Below, one piece after another: positions 1 through 14,230 of a stretch of 64,000 nt of DNA (its first letter is position 1; each line of letters opens with the position of its first letter). This stretch comes from Eledone cirrhosa (taxonomy: Eukaryota). The stretch is from positions 30,380,001 through 30,444,000 of the forward strand of contig OZ024742.1 of NCBI GenBank assembly GCA_964016885.1, read 5' to 3'. Both the position numbers and the translations under genes were made by a program. The notes under the pieces are model-generated. The model did not search any database and had not been told where the DNA came from. It worked only from the letters and a program-made list of their open reading frames with translations.

Positions 1-648
1 TGGTCGTCAAGTCACTGACGCCCCACTTGATCGAGGCCACCATTGTAACGGGGTGCGGGAGAGGGAAGAATGTTTTCATTCCAAGGATGAACCTTTTCCC
101 CTCGGCGTCAGATACCCCGTTCGATTTCCGGCGATCCCAATTCCCGATGAGACCATGTTTTGCTATGTCCATTAACAAGTCACAAGGGAAAACATTGTCG
201 GTGGCGAGCATCCATTTGGGGGAGCCAGGCTTCTCCCATGGCCAACTTTATGTTGCCTGTTCCCGCGTAGGGAGCAGGAATGGACTTTTTGCTTACACTC
301 CTCAAGGAATGACACGCAATATCGTCTACAAAGAGGTGCTATAGATGTTGGTGCAGGTGTTGGAGGTGTTGGAGCTATGCCGTCTAGAAAACTGGTAGGG
401 TCACCCATGGCGGACAGATCTGACACCCAGCGGCATCTTGCAACTTCGGTCTACTAAATTCGGTATTGGAAGATTATTAACCCATCATTGATTGTCCAAA
501 ATGCTAATTGGTTCGTAACTTTTAATAACCGGTTCAACTGCTTTATGCACTTAATTGATAAGCTTATTCGCTTTCAAGCAACGTTTACCTGTATGTAACT
601 TTTCATAGCAAATGAACAAACCCGAGCAACGCCGGGATAAACTGCTAG
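1..648 (+). mobile_element. Helitron 3' portion: PIF1-like helicase C-terminus (ORF 27-344) plus 3' terminal hairpin and CTAG
   Basis: The ORF has SF1/PIF1 motifs FAMSINKSQGKTL and HGQLYVACSRV, ending in NIVYKEVL*. Hairpin CCCGAGCAACGCCGGG at 621-636 is followed by CTAG (645-648) and T. Confidence 0.9.
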
Positions 649-698
649 TATATATATATATTACATGTTTACATAGTGGATATATATTGTTTTCTCTT

Positions 699-740
<42 letters not shown>

Positions 741-742
<2 letters not shown>

Positions 743-915
743 ACGAAGGAGTTGTGGTAAGGAACCAGATGGACCATAACTTAGGGTAGTAGAGTGGGTA
801 ATAGGTGAAAGTATGACCCCGACGGCAAAGCTCAAGCCGTTTCGACGGCTATTTCTGGACTGAAATAGCCGTAGAAACGACTTGAGCTCTGCTGTCGGGG
901 TCATACTTTTTCTCC
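741..915. mobile_element. PLE-type pseudo-LTR fragment with terminal fold-back (arms ~803-855 and 862-915)
   Basis: The same family occurs at 17443-17678, 35583-35768, 38296-38340 and, diverged, at 18030-18115. It carries a hammerhead 3' half (GAAACGGC..GCCGTC) and sits in (TA)n. Confidence 0.6.
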
Positions 916-1034
916 TTTCTCCTATCTCCTATATATATATATATATATATATATATTTACATAGTGGATATATATTGTCTTCTCTCTCTCTATCTCTCTA
1001 TCTATCTCTCTATATCTCTATCTATCTCTCTATC

Positions 1035-1066
<32 letters not shown>

Positions 1067-1101
1067 ACTTTCTCTCTCTCTCTCTCTCTCTCACACACAT
1101 A

Positions 1102-1143
<42 letters not shown>

Positions 1144-1189
1144 TACTAAGCCTCATCCATCTATTGATTTACTTTTACAATAACCATTA

Positions 1190-1510
1190 ACACACACACC
1201 ACCACCACCACCCCATCACTACCATAACACCACCACCACCATTACTACAACACCCATACAACACCTCCACCGCCACAACAAAAGCCACCACCACCACCAC
1301 CATAAAACCATCACCACCATCATAACACCACCACCATGACCTTTACTACAACATACAGTACCACTACCACCATCTAATTCACCACCACCATAACACCACC
1401 ACCACCACCATAACCATAACACCGCCTCCACCATAATCATAACACCACCACCACCATAACCATAACACCACCACCACCACCATAACAACAACACCAACAA
1501 GAACACCACT
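1190..1510. repeat. (CAC/CAT/AAC)n low-complexity trinucleotide tract
   Basis: Direct inspection. Confidence 0.9.
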
Positions 1511-1560
1511 GCCAGTTTTCTTCACCGTTGACTTGTTTTCTTTTTGTTGTCTATCTATCT

Positions 1561-1768
1561 GAGGAAGATGAACAGAGGGAAGACAGGAACACCTACAAAA
1601 CGTGTTCCTGGTGTTGAGGGTTGTTCTATCCACGGGGTGTAAAACAACCCTGCAGTAACGTTCCCCCTATTGGGGATTTCAATGTTAAAGTTATTTTTAT
1701 GTAAAAACCCCGCCGTCACGTCTTGTAATGTCCCAATTTTGTACGCCCCTGTGGCAAATAAAGAAAGA

Positions 1769-1769
<1 letters not shown>
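1561..1769 (+). mobile_element. Tx1/L1-like non-LTR retrotransposon, 3' UTR only
   Basis: It ends in GCCCCTGTGGCAAATAAAGAAAGA like the two adjacent ORF2-bearing copies and is flanked by (TCTA)n. Confidence 0.6.
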
Positions 1770-1822
<53 letters not shown>

Positions 1823-1864
1823 CCTATCTGTCTGTCTGTCTGTCTGTCTAGCTATCTGTCTATC

Positions 1865-2320
1865 GACCTGGGGAACTACGCGGAACAACAGCTGTCGCGT
1901 ATGGGACAAATCCAGTTGACTGCCGAGTCCATAGTAAGGATCAAACCGCCAGCCTCTTTCAAAAACGAAAGAGAAGCGGTTTTCCTCTGTATAGTGGCTA
2001 TGGTGAAAGAGGTTATATGGTGGACGAGATTGAGAGGACTGAGGACAGATGCCTTTCTCTCCGGACAACAACTCATTCCCTTCTTTAGGTACCACTTTAG
2101 AAGGAGAATCAGAGTGGAGAGAGAGGCACTACACCCCAGTAAATTTACTGAAAGGTGGGTGAATGTAGCAAAAATGGCCCGAGTGATTGGGCCTAGGGGA
2201 TTTCGATTGTTGAATTTGTTTGTTGAAAATATTTTTTTACACGACTGTATGTAAATCACCGGCATTTGTCCTTGTATTGATACCTTTCCCTGTGCGCCCT
2301 TGTGGCAAATAAACAAATAT
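1865..2320 (+). mobile_element. Tx1/L1-like non-LTR retrotransposon, 5'-truncated ORF2 C-terminus with internally deleted 3' UTR
   Basis: Translation DLGNYAEQQLSRMG..AMVKEVIWWTR..FTERWVNVAK resembles the post-zf-RVT C-terminus of L1/Tx1 ORF2. It has an AATAAA tail and lies in (TCTA)n. Confidence 0.7.
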
Positions 2321-2345
2321 ATCTATCTGTCTGTCTATCTATCTG

Positions 2346-2961
2346 CCGATCTGTGGGGCTATGTCGAACAACTGCTGTCAAGGGTGGGACCGATCCAGTT
2401 GACCACCGAGTCTATTGTAATGATCAAGCCGCCTCCCCCCTTCAAAGATGAAGCAGAGGCGGTGTTTCTGTGCGTAATAGCCATGGCGAAAGAGGTTGTA
2501 TGGTGGACGCGTCTGAAAGGACTGAGGTCAGGCACCTTTCTCTCTGGCCAACAACTGGTCCGTTTCTTCCGATATCATTTCGGAAGAAGGATCAGGATGG
2601 AGAGAGAGGTGCTGCACCCCAGTCGTTTTTATGAAAGGTGGGTGAAAGTGGCGAGAATGGCCCGTGTGAATGGGCCTTCTCTTTACATAAGCCTGTAGGT
2701 GGAAAAGAGGAAGGAACGAGGGAGCACCCCCTCTCTGTGCTCCTGAGGAAAAGGGTTGCACACTTTTTTCGGGGGTGTGTGCGACCCCCCAAGGCGCCTC
2801 CTCTCTATTGAGGATTTTGTTATAAATTTTATCTTTTGTTATATCTTATTTTATTTTTATATTTTGTTATTGCCTCCTCCTTATTGAGGACGCCTTTTTG
2901 TGTAAACTCCCCCCTTTGTACTTGTCCCACTTTTGATGCCCTAGTGGCAAATAAAAGAAAC
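2346..2961 (+). mobile_element. Tx1/L1-like non-LTR retrotransposon, 5'-truncated ORF2 C-terminus (stop 2696-2698) plus 3' UTR
   Basis: Translation DLWGYVEQLLSRVG..AKEVVWWTRLKGL..FYERWVKVARMARV. The 3' end is GCCCTAGTGGCAAATAAAAGAAA followed by (TCTA)n. Confidence 0.75.
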
Positions 2962-3136
2962 ATATCTATCTGTCTGTCTATTTATCTATCTGTCCATACA
3001 TCCATCTATCTATCTATAAGTCTGTATTTCTATTTGTCTGTCTGTCTCTCTGTCAATCAATCTATCTACCTGTCGATAAGTCTGTCTCTCAGTCTGCCCA
3101 TCTATGTAGCTATCATGCTTCTTACCTCTCTCTCTC

Positions 3137-3185
<49 letters not shown>

Positions 3186-3297
3186 CTATCTATCTCTTAT
3201 ATATATATGTGTGTGTGTGTGTCAACATCTGTCTACTTATCATGTATCTATGTATCTTCCCACTCTAACTTTCTGTTTCATGTTTCATTTCAAACTC

Positions 3298-3338
3298 TAT
3301 CTTCTGATGAAGGACTAATGTCCGAAACGTAAAAACAC
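3298..3338 (+). ncRNA. Minimal type I hammerhead ribozyme in a PLE pseudo-LTR (element ~3250-3405; second copy 38368-38408)
   Basis: CTGATGA-A-GGAC-TAAT-GTCC-GAAA-CGTA, with palindromic stem III ACGT. Stem I is decayed. Confidence 0.7.
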
Positions 3339-3423
3339 TTTTCCTACTATATCAAGCATTAAACTAATATATTTCTTCATTGTACTGTTTTGTTTCCGTT
3401 TACTTTATATATATATATATATA

Positions 3424-4378
3424 TGACTGATGGGATGACAGAGTTCTTTGAGATACTGGCTGGAGTGCTCCAGGGAGATACATTGGCTCCCTACCTTTTT
3501 ATCATCGTAGTGGACTATTGTATGCGCCTTGCACTGGAGAAACACCAGGACTCTGGCTTTACTGTAGCACCGGCTCAGAGCAGGAGAGTTAGGGCGAAAA
3601 AGGTATCGGATGCTGAATTTGCCGACGACATAGTTTTGGTGACAAATACAGTGAAGGAGGCAGAGGATTTGATGCGGGAGGTTGAGACTGTGTCGATGAG
3701 TGTGGGGCTGAGAATGAATGAGACAAAAACAAAATATCTGGTAGAGAATGTTGAGAAGCCAGAGGGGATCACTAATGTAGGCGGGAAGCCGCTGGAATTG
3801 GTTGAGGACTTCCTGGATTTGGGAGCAAAGATTGGGAATACGGAAGATGATGTGGTTGAGAGGAAGAGCAAGGCCTGAGCGGCGTGCCACAGCTTGAGAT
3901 CGGTGTGGAAGTCGGACCTTTGTAGAGACCTGAAAATCCGCCTCTTCATTGCTGTAGTGGAGTCTGTGCTGCTGTGTGGGTCTGAGACTTGGACACTGAC
4001 CAAGAAACTCACTCAGATGGTGGATGGGTGCTACACGAGAATGCTGAGGATGGCTCTGAACATTAATCAGTATACACTGAGGATGAAAAACTCAGAGCTG
4101 TGGGAGCATCCCAAATGTCAGCTCAAAAGTGACACAGAGGAAACTGAGGTTAGCTGGACATGCTCACCGACATCCAGAGTTGACATTGCACTCAGTGCTC
4201 CTTTGGGAGCCCCTACATGGACACACTAGAAGACCAAGGTTAACGTATGTTGATGCCCTGAGGACAGACACTGATCTGTTGGAGACGCAGGACATGGCAG
4301 CGATAATGAGGGACAGAGACCGCTGGAGAGAACTCGTCCATGGATCTCGGGAATTTTACCCGCCTTAGATAGATAGAT
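3424..4378 (+). mobile_element. RTE/RTEX-like LINE, 5'-truncated RT pseudogene with (TAGA)n tail
   Basis: RT motifs GVLQGDTLAPYLF and FADDI. There is an in-frame stop at 3876-3878 and a frameshift near 4100; the C-terminal RLRLAGH..W motif is present. Confidence 0.9.
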
Positions 4379-4414
4379 ATATATATATATGCACATATAT
4401 ATATATATATATAA

Positions 4415-4517
4415 TTGTCCTAATAACTTAATTTAGTTATTATTGCACCAACGTGAGGTATATGATTTTTAATGCAATGAAATATCTATGATCGTTGGCA
4501 AATCACTGATGAGGGAC
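4415..4517 (+). ncRNA. Candidate non-circularly permuted hammerhead ribozyme with kink-turn, in a short repeat (4413-4577)
   Basis: GGTAT-A (4457-62), TGATTT (4463-68), GAA-ATATC (4479-86), AAATCA-CTGATGA-GGGAC (4500-17), and GTCC at 4417-20. Homologous to 62303-62470. Confidence 0.6.
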
Positions 4518-4585
4518 TCATTTTATAACATGTTATCCATGTGCAACCTGCAGTTTTCTTCTCCCCATTTTTTCACATATATATA

Positions 4586-4950
4586 TATACATGGTGGCTG
4601 CCAACTCGTTTTCGAGTACGGCCACTACTTTATATCCATGTAGAACTCCTACCGGTGCGCTGAACGAGTGTGACTTTTTAGTCCAGCCAGCGACTTGAAA
4701 ACTCTGGTACAGACACTACACCTGTGACAATTATTGACACATAGTTCTGGGCCCATGGTACCATGTGACGACAAGTGCAGAGAGATCTCCAGATATAAAG
4801 CAATGCTTGTGTCGTGAAGCTTTTATAGTGAGCAAAGGCACTGCACAAAGCCAGTCCCACTCTCTTAACCAAGATGATATTTACCAAAAAGAAGAACAAG
4901 TCAACATCATTGGATACCATCAGGGTTGCAGGTGTTATATCAGAGTTTTC
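4586..4950 (-). mobile_element. RTE-like LINE 3' end with C-terminal C2H2 finger and 3' hairpin
   Basis: Minus-strand frame HRCSVCTRVFKSLAGLKSHTRSAHR* is followed by the hairpin CTCGAAAACGAG and a simple-repeat tail. Confidence 0.7.
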
Positions 4951-4979
4951 CTTTTACACACATATATATATATACGCAC

Positions 4980-5022
<43 letters not shown>

Positions 5023-5099
5023 TACTCACAGGCATGTATGCATTATGTGACATTATGTGGCATCACGTGTAAATATGTAATGTATTTTATACTTGCTCA

Positions 5100-7112
<2,013 letters not shown>

Positions 7113-7269
7113 AGCCGAATTACCCGCGCCTTGCTGTGTTTCACACATTTTCTTTCTAAGAAAATTATGATTGATTTTAAATCGGTGATATAATTTATGA
7201 AGAAAAACTCTGCATTTCAATATTACTCAATGTAAAATGTAATGCATGAAAAATTGGAAAACATTGCGA

Positions 7270-7450
7270 ATTGGCAGTATCGGTAGAGGGTCAGACGCCA
7301 TGCTTTCCAGCATAGTTACGTCCCTTTACGGTCTGAGTTCAAATCCCATCAAGGTTAACTTTGCCTTTCATCCTTACCAGGTCGATAAAATAAAGTACCA
7401 GTAATGAACTGAGTAATTGCTGGCCTTGTGCCAAAAGTAGAAACAATTAT
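7270..7450 (+). mobile_element. tRNA-derived SINE with Meta-like central domain
   Basis: A-box-like TGGCAGTATCGGTAGAG, B box GAGTTCAAATCC, and core GCCTTTCATCCTT..GGTCGATAAAATAAAGTACCAGT. More than 15 copies occur in the window. Confidence 0.85.
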
Positions 7451-7675
7451 TTTTTTCAAAATATCATTTCATTTTTGCATTATTTTATTTCGGCTTCCAA
7501 AATGTTCACTATAGGGGGTTTAACACCCATTAGCGTGTCTTAATATTATTGAAATTTGCTGAAAGTGCGTTTATTTTTGAGATTCGAAACCGATTCGGTA
7601 AAGGTAACTATAGTAAGTAAAGTCAATTTTTTTAAATTTATTTTGAAACTTTTTCATTATTTGCTAAACCTGATT

Positions 7676-7749
<74 letters not shown>

Positions 7750-7752
<3 letters not shown>

Positions 7753-8500
7753 ACCATCTCTTCATGGATTACTCGTATGTGGACCTTGACCGGGGAATCA
7801 ACTACCATCCTAGGAGTTTACCAACCATTCAACCACATCTTCTTACGGAATCACCTTTATAACTCACCCACACACACACCCAAAAAATAAATTTGTTTTT
7901 CCCACACGCCACCTACACCCACAACACGCTTAAACCCCACACACACGTGCTTTCCACCACATATTTACACCTTCAGCCTCCGGATCCTCTCCCCCCACCC
8001 CTCTATCCACACACGCACACACACTCCGACTTACACCCCAGCCCACACACACCTCTTCCTGAACATGCAACCCCGTTCTTCCCCCAAACCTTGCTTTCAC
8101 ATACACACACACACACACACACACACGTACACCTACACACACACACCACCTTCAGCCCTCCCCGCTCGGACACCCCGTCTCCCTCTCTCCACTCCACACG
8201 CCACCACCCCTACACGCCCCACACCCTTCCACCACCTGTTTTACCCCATTTTAATTTTATTTTATTTTGATCATGCTTTTATTTTTAATTTCATTCGCAC
8301 CGTTTCCTCCCACCCCCTTTTCGCTATATGTCTCTCCACCACTCCCCTACACACCCTTTGAACTCTCCTCCCACACACTTTTCACCTGAAGAAGGGCTTA
8401 TGCCCGAAACGTCGTTCCCCACCACCACCCCACTCTCAAGAGCGTGAAATTAATAAACATTCGTTGTACTGCCTCTCTGTTTTGTTCCTGTTCAAATTTT
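7750..8500 (+). mobile_element. PLE 3' end/pseudo-LTR with minimal hammerhead at 8383-8416
   Basis: CAC-CTGAAGA-A-GGGC-TTAT-GCCC-GAAA-CGTC-GT, followed by AATAAA. A C/A-rich UTR precedes it. Confidence 0.7.
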
Positions 8501-8589
8501 CCATTATATATATATATATATAGTATATACATATATATATGGTATATATATATATGGTATATACATACAATATATATATATATATATAT

Positions 8590-9873
8590 ATATTGTTATA
8601 CTTTGGGAGGGTCATGTTGCCAATAAGAAACACACGCACCAGTTGCTTTCACTTCAATTTATTATATATTTATAAATTTATAAATTTACAAATCTACAAA
8701 TTTATAAATTTCTGGTTGGTTGGTTGGTTCCACAACCAGATAGTTGTTTATATATAGTCATAGTCCTTTCGTCACACACTCTGTGACCTTTTCAGTGACT
8801 GGGGATTCCTTTCTTTGTTTCTGTGCCTTTCCTTTCTTCTGTCCTACGCCATTTTGTTTCTGTGTGTGTGTTGTGTGCTCAGTTTGCGCATGCGCCACAT
8901 CCGGGTGTCTGTGTGTGTTTGTGTTCATTTATCTATTTGTTTATTTATTTATTTACATGTTGTTGGTTGGTTGTTTGTTCTATGTGTGTGTGTGTTTTCA
9001 TTTTGTCCTTAATTGTAAGTTGTCATGTTGCTGTTCCACTCATATTTTCTATTTAATTTTGGTTGTAATTCTTTTATGTTTACTGCCTCTGTAATTTGTC
9101 TAAACATTGCATCTTTTCTGTGTGTAGATTCTATTTTTATTTCTATGTTCTCTAATTTACCCTTGTGTTCTATCTTAGCATCTTGGTAGAGTACAGATGA
9201 TTCTTTATTATCTTGAAGGTCTCGCCAGTGTTCATTTATCCGTTCCCCTATACTACGAGCTGTCTCACCTATGTACACTATATTTTTGTTTCTACATTGT
9301 CCTTCAGTACATCTTATGCTATACACTACATTTCTAGTTTTACAGTTAATATGGGGGCTTATTTTACAGGTTATACATTTCTTATCTATACATGAGGGTC
9401 TTTGGAACGGGTATGTCTTGCTAATAAGTGTTTTTGGTTGTTAATGGTATCTAACCAGAGCTCTGTGTCTAGTACAGGTAATCGATGGTTGGGATGTCTA
9501 CTTGGGTAGTCTATAGTAACTCTAATGCTCTGGTGGATGGAGTTTGCTATTTGCTGGATGCTTTCCATTGTGTTTTTCTCTAGTTCCTGACTGTTCTCTA
9601 GTGGGGGTGTCTTAAGGGCCCTAAATAAACATAAACTCAATATTAAGATAGTAGAAAGACCAGGTACCTCCGTAAAAAACACTTATTAGCAAGACATACC
9701 CGTTCCAAAGACCCTCATGTATAGATAAGAAATGTATAACCTGTAAAATAAGCCCCCATATTAACTGTAAAACTAGAAATGTAGTGTATAGCATAAGATG
9801 TACTGAAGGACAATGTAGAAACAAAAATATATTGAGTTTATGTTTATTTAGGGCCCTTAAGACACCCCCACTA
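8590..9873 (-). mobile_element. Rearranged Penelope-like element: RT fragment, GIY-YIG endonuclease, pseudo-LTR with hammerhead (8756-8800) and two nested inversions
   Basis: GIY-YIG VVYSIRC..VYIGETARSIGERINEH..EAV..LN; RT piece LPVLDTELW; hammerhead AGTCA-CTGAAAA-G-GTCAC..GTGAC-GAAAG-GA-CTA-TGACT. Inverted arms are 9279-9435/9675-9831 and 9599-9642/9830-9873. Confidence 0.85.
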
Positions 9874-10012
9874 TATATATATATGGTATATACATATATA
9901 TATATATATGGTATATATATATATATGGTATATATATGGTATATATAATATATATATATATGGTATATATATATATAGTATATATATGGTATATATATAT
10001 ATATATATATAT

Positions 10013-11259
<1,247 letters not shown>

Positions 11260-11260
<1 letters not shown>

Positions 11261-11652
11261 AGGAGGAAAAATGCAGGTTTTCACCATATGCGGGCCCTAG
11301 GGGATCAAAAAAATGAAATTTCGGGAAAATCGGCTACACGTAACGCCTCCAAAAAGCCCTAAAAAGCTGAAAAAATGAAGTTTTTCACCTAGGCCATAAA
11401 AAAGTTGGATTTTCTTTGCTCGCGGTATGAAGAAGAGACTGACTAATACATAGTTACAATTTCAAGGAAATCTGTCTGATGTAACGCCTCAAAAAAACCC
11501 TAAAAACCTGAAAAAACGCAGTTTTTCACCTAATGCCCAAAAAGTGGAATTTTTTATGTGCATAACACTCCCTGAAACATAAGTAATACACATGTAAAGT
11601 GTAAAGTTTGAAAAAAATCGGTTGGGTACTTCTCGAGTTTTAGAGATTCAAA

Positions 11653-11700
<48 letters not shown>

Positions 11701-11977
11701 TCCTCAGGGAAGTGACGTAATGCAGACAGCGAGACATACAGACAGATATTATAAGGGCGCAACGTTATATGTATGTATCTATCTAAAAAGAGAAAGACTA
11801 AGAATTATAGAGAGAAATCGCTAAATCGCCTAATGCGGTCCCTAGGGCATTGAAAATTTGAAATTCCTCTTGCTCAGAACACTCCCTGAAACATAAGTAT
11901 TACATGTGTTAAGTTTGAAAACAGTCGGTTGGGTGGTTCTCGAGTTTTAGGGATTCAAACTCACACACACACAGACA

Positions 11978-11981
<4 letters not shown>
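11260..11981 (-). mobile_element. Non-autonomous Helitron, partial copy of the 18121-19029 family
   Basis: Extensive identity with 18275-19003, including the duplicated 5' block (CCCTAAAACTCGAGAA..CCAACCGA). Confidence 0.75.
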
Positions 11982-12056
<75 letters not shown>

Positions 12057-12391
12057 GATGTGTTGATCAGAGGTAAATAATGTATTGGAGATCTCGAGTG
12101 ACGCAACTTCAAGTGATTAGCGACCTCTAGACTCACCTGATCAATGAAACAATTGTCAGTACTTGACATAAAGCCCCTTATTGTACAGACAACCATGTTA
12201 CTCTTCATTCGTTCACTAGTATTACTCCAAGTATAACCTGCATTGGAATTACTGCGAACTCGCTGCATAACTATGGAAACATCTTGTTGAGTCAAACAAA
12301 GCCGTACGTTAAAACTATCCATGACGCAGAGTACTCACAACCTCTAACTGGATTACCTATAACGATAACTTGTTATCCCATATATATATAT

Positions 12392-13376
12392 ATGTGGACG
12401 TGATATATCTTGACTTTGCGAAGGCCTTTGACAAGGTCGACCACGGAATATGTCGCAAACTACACAGATTCGGCATAACTGGAAAAGTAGGTGAGTGGCT
12501 GCATGACTTCTCAAAGGACAGAAGCCAGACAGTCGCAGTAAACGGGGCCCTCTCAAAGGAAACATCAATAACAAGTAGGGTGCCCCAAGGCACAGTCATG
12601 GGATCACTACTGTTTTTGGTGACTCTCTCTCAGACATGCCCTCTGTAGTACATACAACATCCCTCACTTGCTATGCTGATGACACTAAGATAGCACAGGC
12701 AATCAAAAACCCGACTGATGCTGACCTTTTACAAGATCTGGATGCAATATACAAATGGGCTGAAGACAACAACATGCAGTTTAATGCTGGAAAATTTTAA
12801 GCCCTACAATACCAACCTGAAAACATAAATACAGTACAACACAGTTACACTGGACCAGGAGGTACCGAAATTCCCGTGTCGAAATCGATACGAGACCTGG
12901 GAATAGACATGAGCAACGATGCATCATTTTCTTCACACATCATAAAAGTGGCGACAATATGCAGACGACTCGCTGGTGATCTGGAGGACTTTCCGGACAA
13001 GAGACCGAAAGACCATGTTGACACTATGGAGGACATTTGTCCTAAGCCGCCTGGACTATTGCTCCCAGCTGTGGTTACCCCATAGTGTCAAACTAACCAC
13101 GGAGCTTGAGGCAATCCAGCGAAACTACACCAAGAGGATTTCCAAGATGAAGGAGATAAGCTACTGGGAGAGGCTAAAAGAACTGAACCTCTACTCCTTG
13201 GAACGAAGACGGGAGAGATACGCAGTGATCTACGTGTGGAAAATCCTGGAGGGACTAGCAGCAAACTTTGGCATTGGGAGCTGGACCAACCCCCGAACAG
13301 GACGTCACTGTGTGGTGCCAAGGGTCCCGTCTTCCACATCTAGAATAAGAAGCAGATATTGCGGTTCACCTCTAGG

Positions 13377-13378
<2 letters not shown>
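12392..13378 (+). mobile_element. CR1/L2-group LINE RT pseudogene fragment
   Basis: VDVIYLDFAKAFDKVDH, VPQGTV, YADDTK, LDYCSQLW and YWERLKELNLYSLERRRER, with stops and frameshifts. Bounded by (TA)n on both sides. Confidence 0.9.
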
Positions 13379-13449
<71 letters not shown>

Positions 13450-13528
13450 CGAGTTGCACAAAAGCAGGAAAAAGAAAGAACAAGCCTAGAGGTGACGGAA
13501 ATGAAGCAAACTAGACGTAAAACATCAA

Positions 13529-13642
13529 TTTCCCTCATCAGCTGCCTGTTGGTGGGTTATTGTGATTTAGACACGTAGGGCAGTATCACCACGGCACACC
13601 TAGCTTTGATTAGTTACTATAATATAAATAGCTACTGGGAAA
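13529..13642 (-). ncRNA. Second-family candidate permuted hammerhead (G12>U decayed) within a short repeat at ~13449-13800
   Basis: Minus strand: UUUCCC..GUGAU-A-CUGCC-CUACGUGUC-(U)AA-AUCAC..GGCAG-CUGAUGA-GGGAAA. Confidence 0.55.
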
Positions 13643-13844
13643 GATGTGAAGAAGACAGTTTAAAACGTTATTAGAGAATCTAAGAATATTACATACAGAA
13701 TGTTTTTATAGGAAGAAATAGAAAGATAGGGGCGAGTGAGTGAGAACAGATGTGGTGGAGGTGGGGAGAAAAAACACGTGTGTTCAATCACCCATACATA
13801 TATATGTGTGTATGTAAATATATATATATATGTATATATAATGA

Positions 13845-13927
<83 letters not shown>

Positions 13928-14001
13928 GAATATATATATATATATAATGAATATATATATATATATATATATATAATGAATATATATATATATATATATA
14001 A

Positions 14002-14065
<64 letters not shown>

Positions 14066-14196
14066 ATATAAAGATTTACATATACATAAAGTCATAGATA
14101 TATATGTTTTGCAACCGAGAGAGGAAATGGTATATATTTTATCTAATAATTCTAAGGACATGATTTATGATATATATATATTTATATATATATATT

Positions 14197-14230
<34 letters not shown>

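Noticed and set aside
4445-4515. Interpreting the K-turn/CTGATGA motif as a box C/D snoRNA or SECIS element
   Set aside because: It has no terminal C and D boxes enclosing guide sequences and no AUGA/apical-AA SECIS geometry. It is a dispersed repeat, and hammerhead pairings explain more of the sequence.
4620-4740. C2H2 zinc finger as a host zinc-finger gene
   Set aside because: A single finger at a stop codon followed by a LINE-type 3' hairpin and tail, typical of an RTE ORF end.
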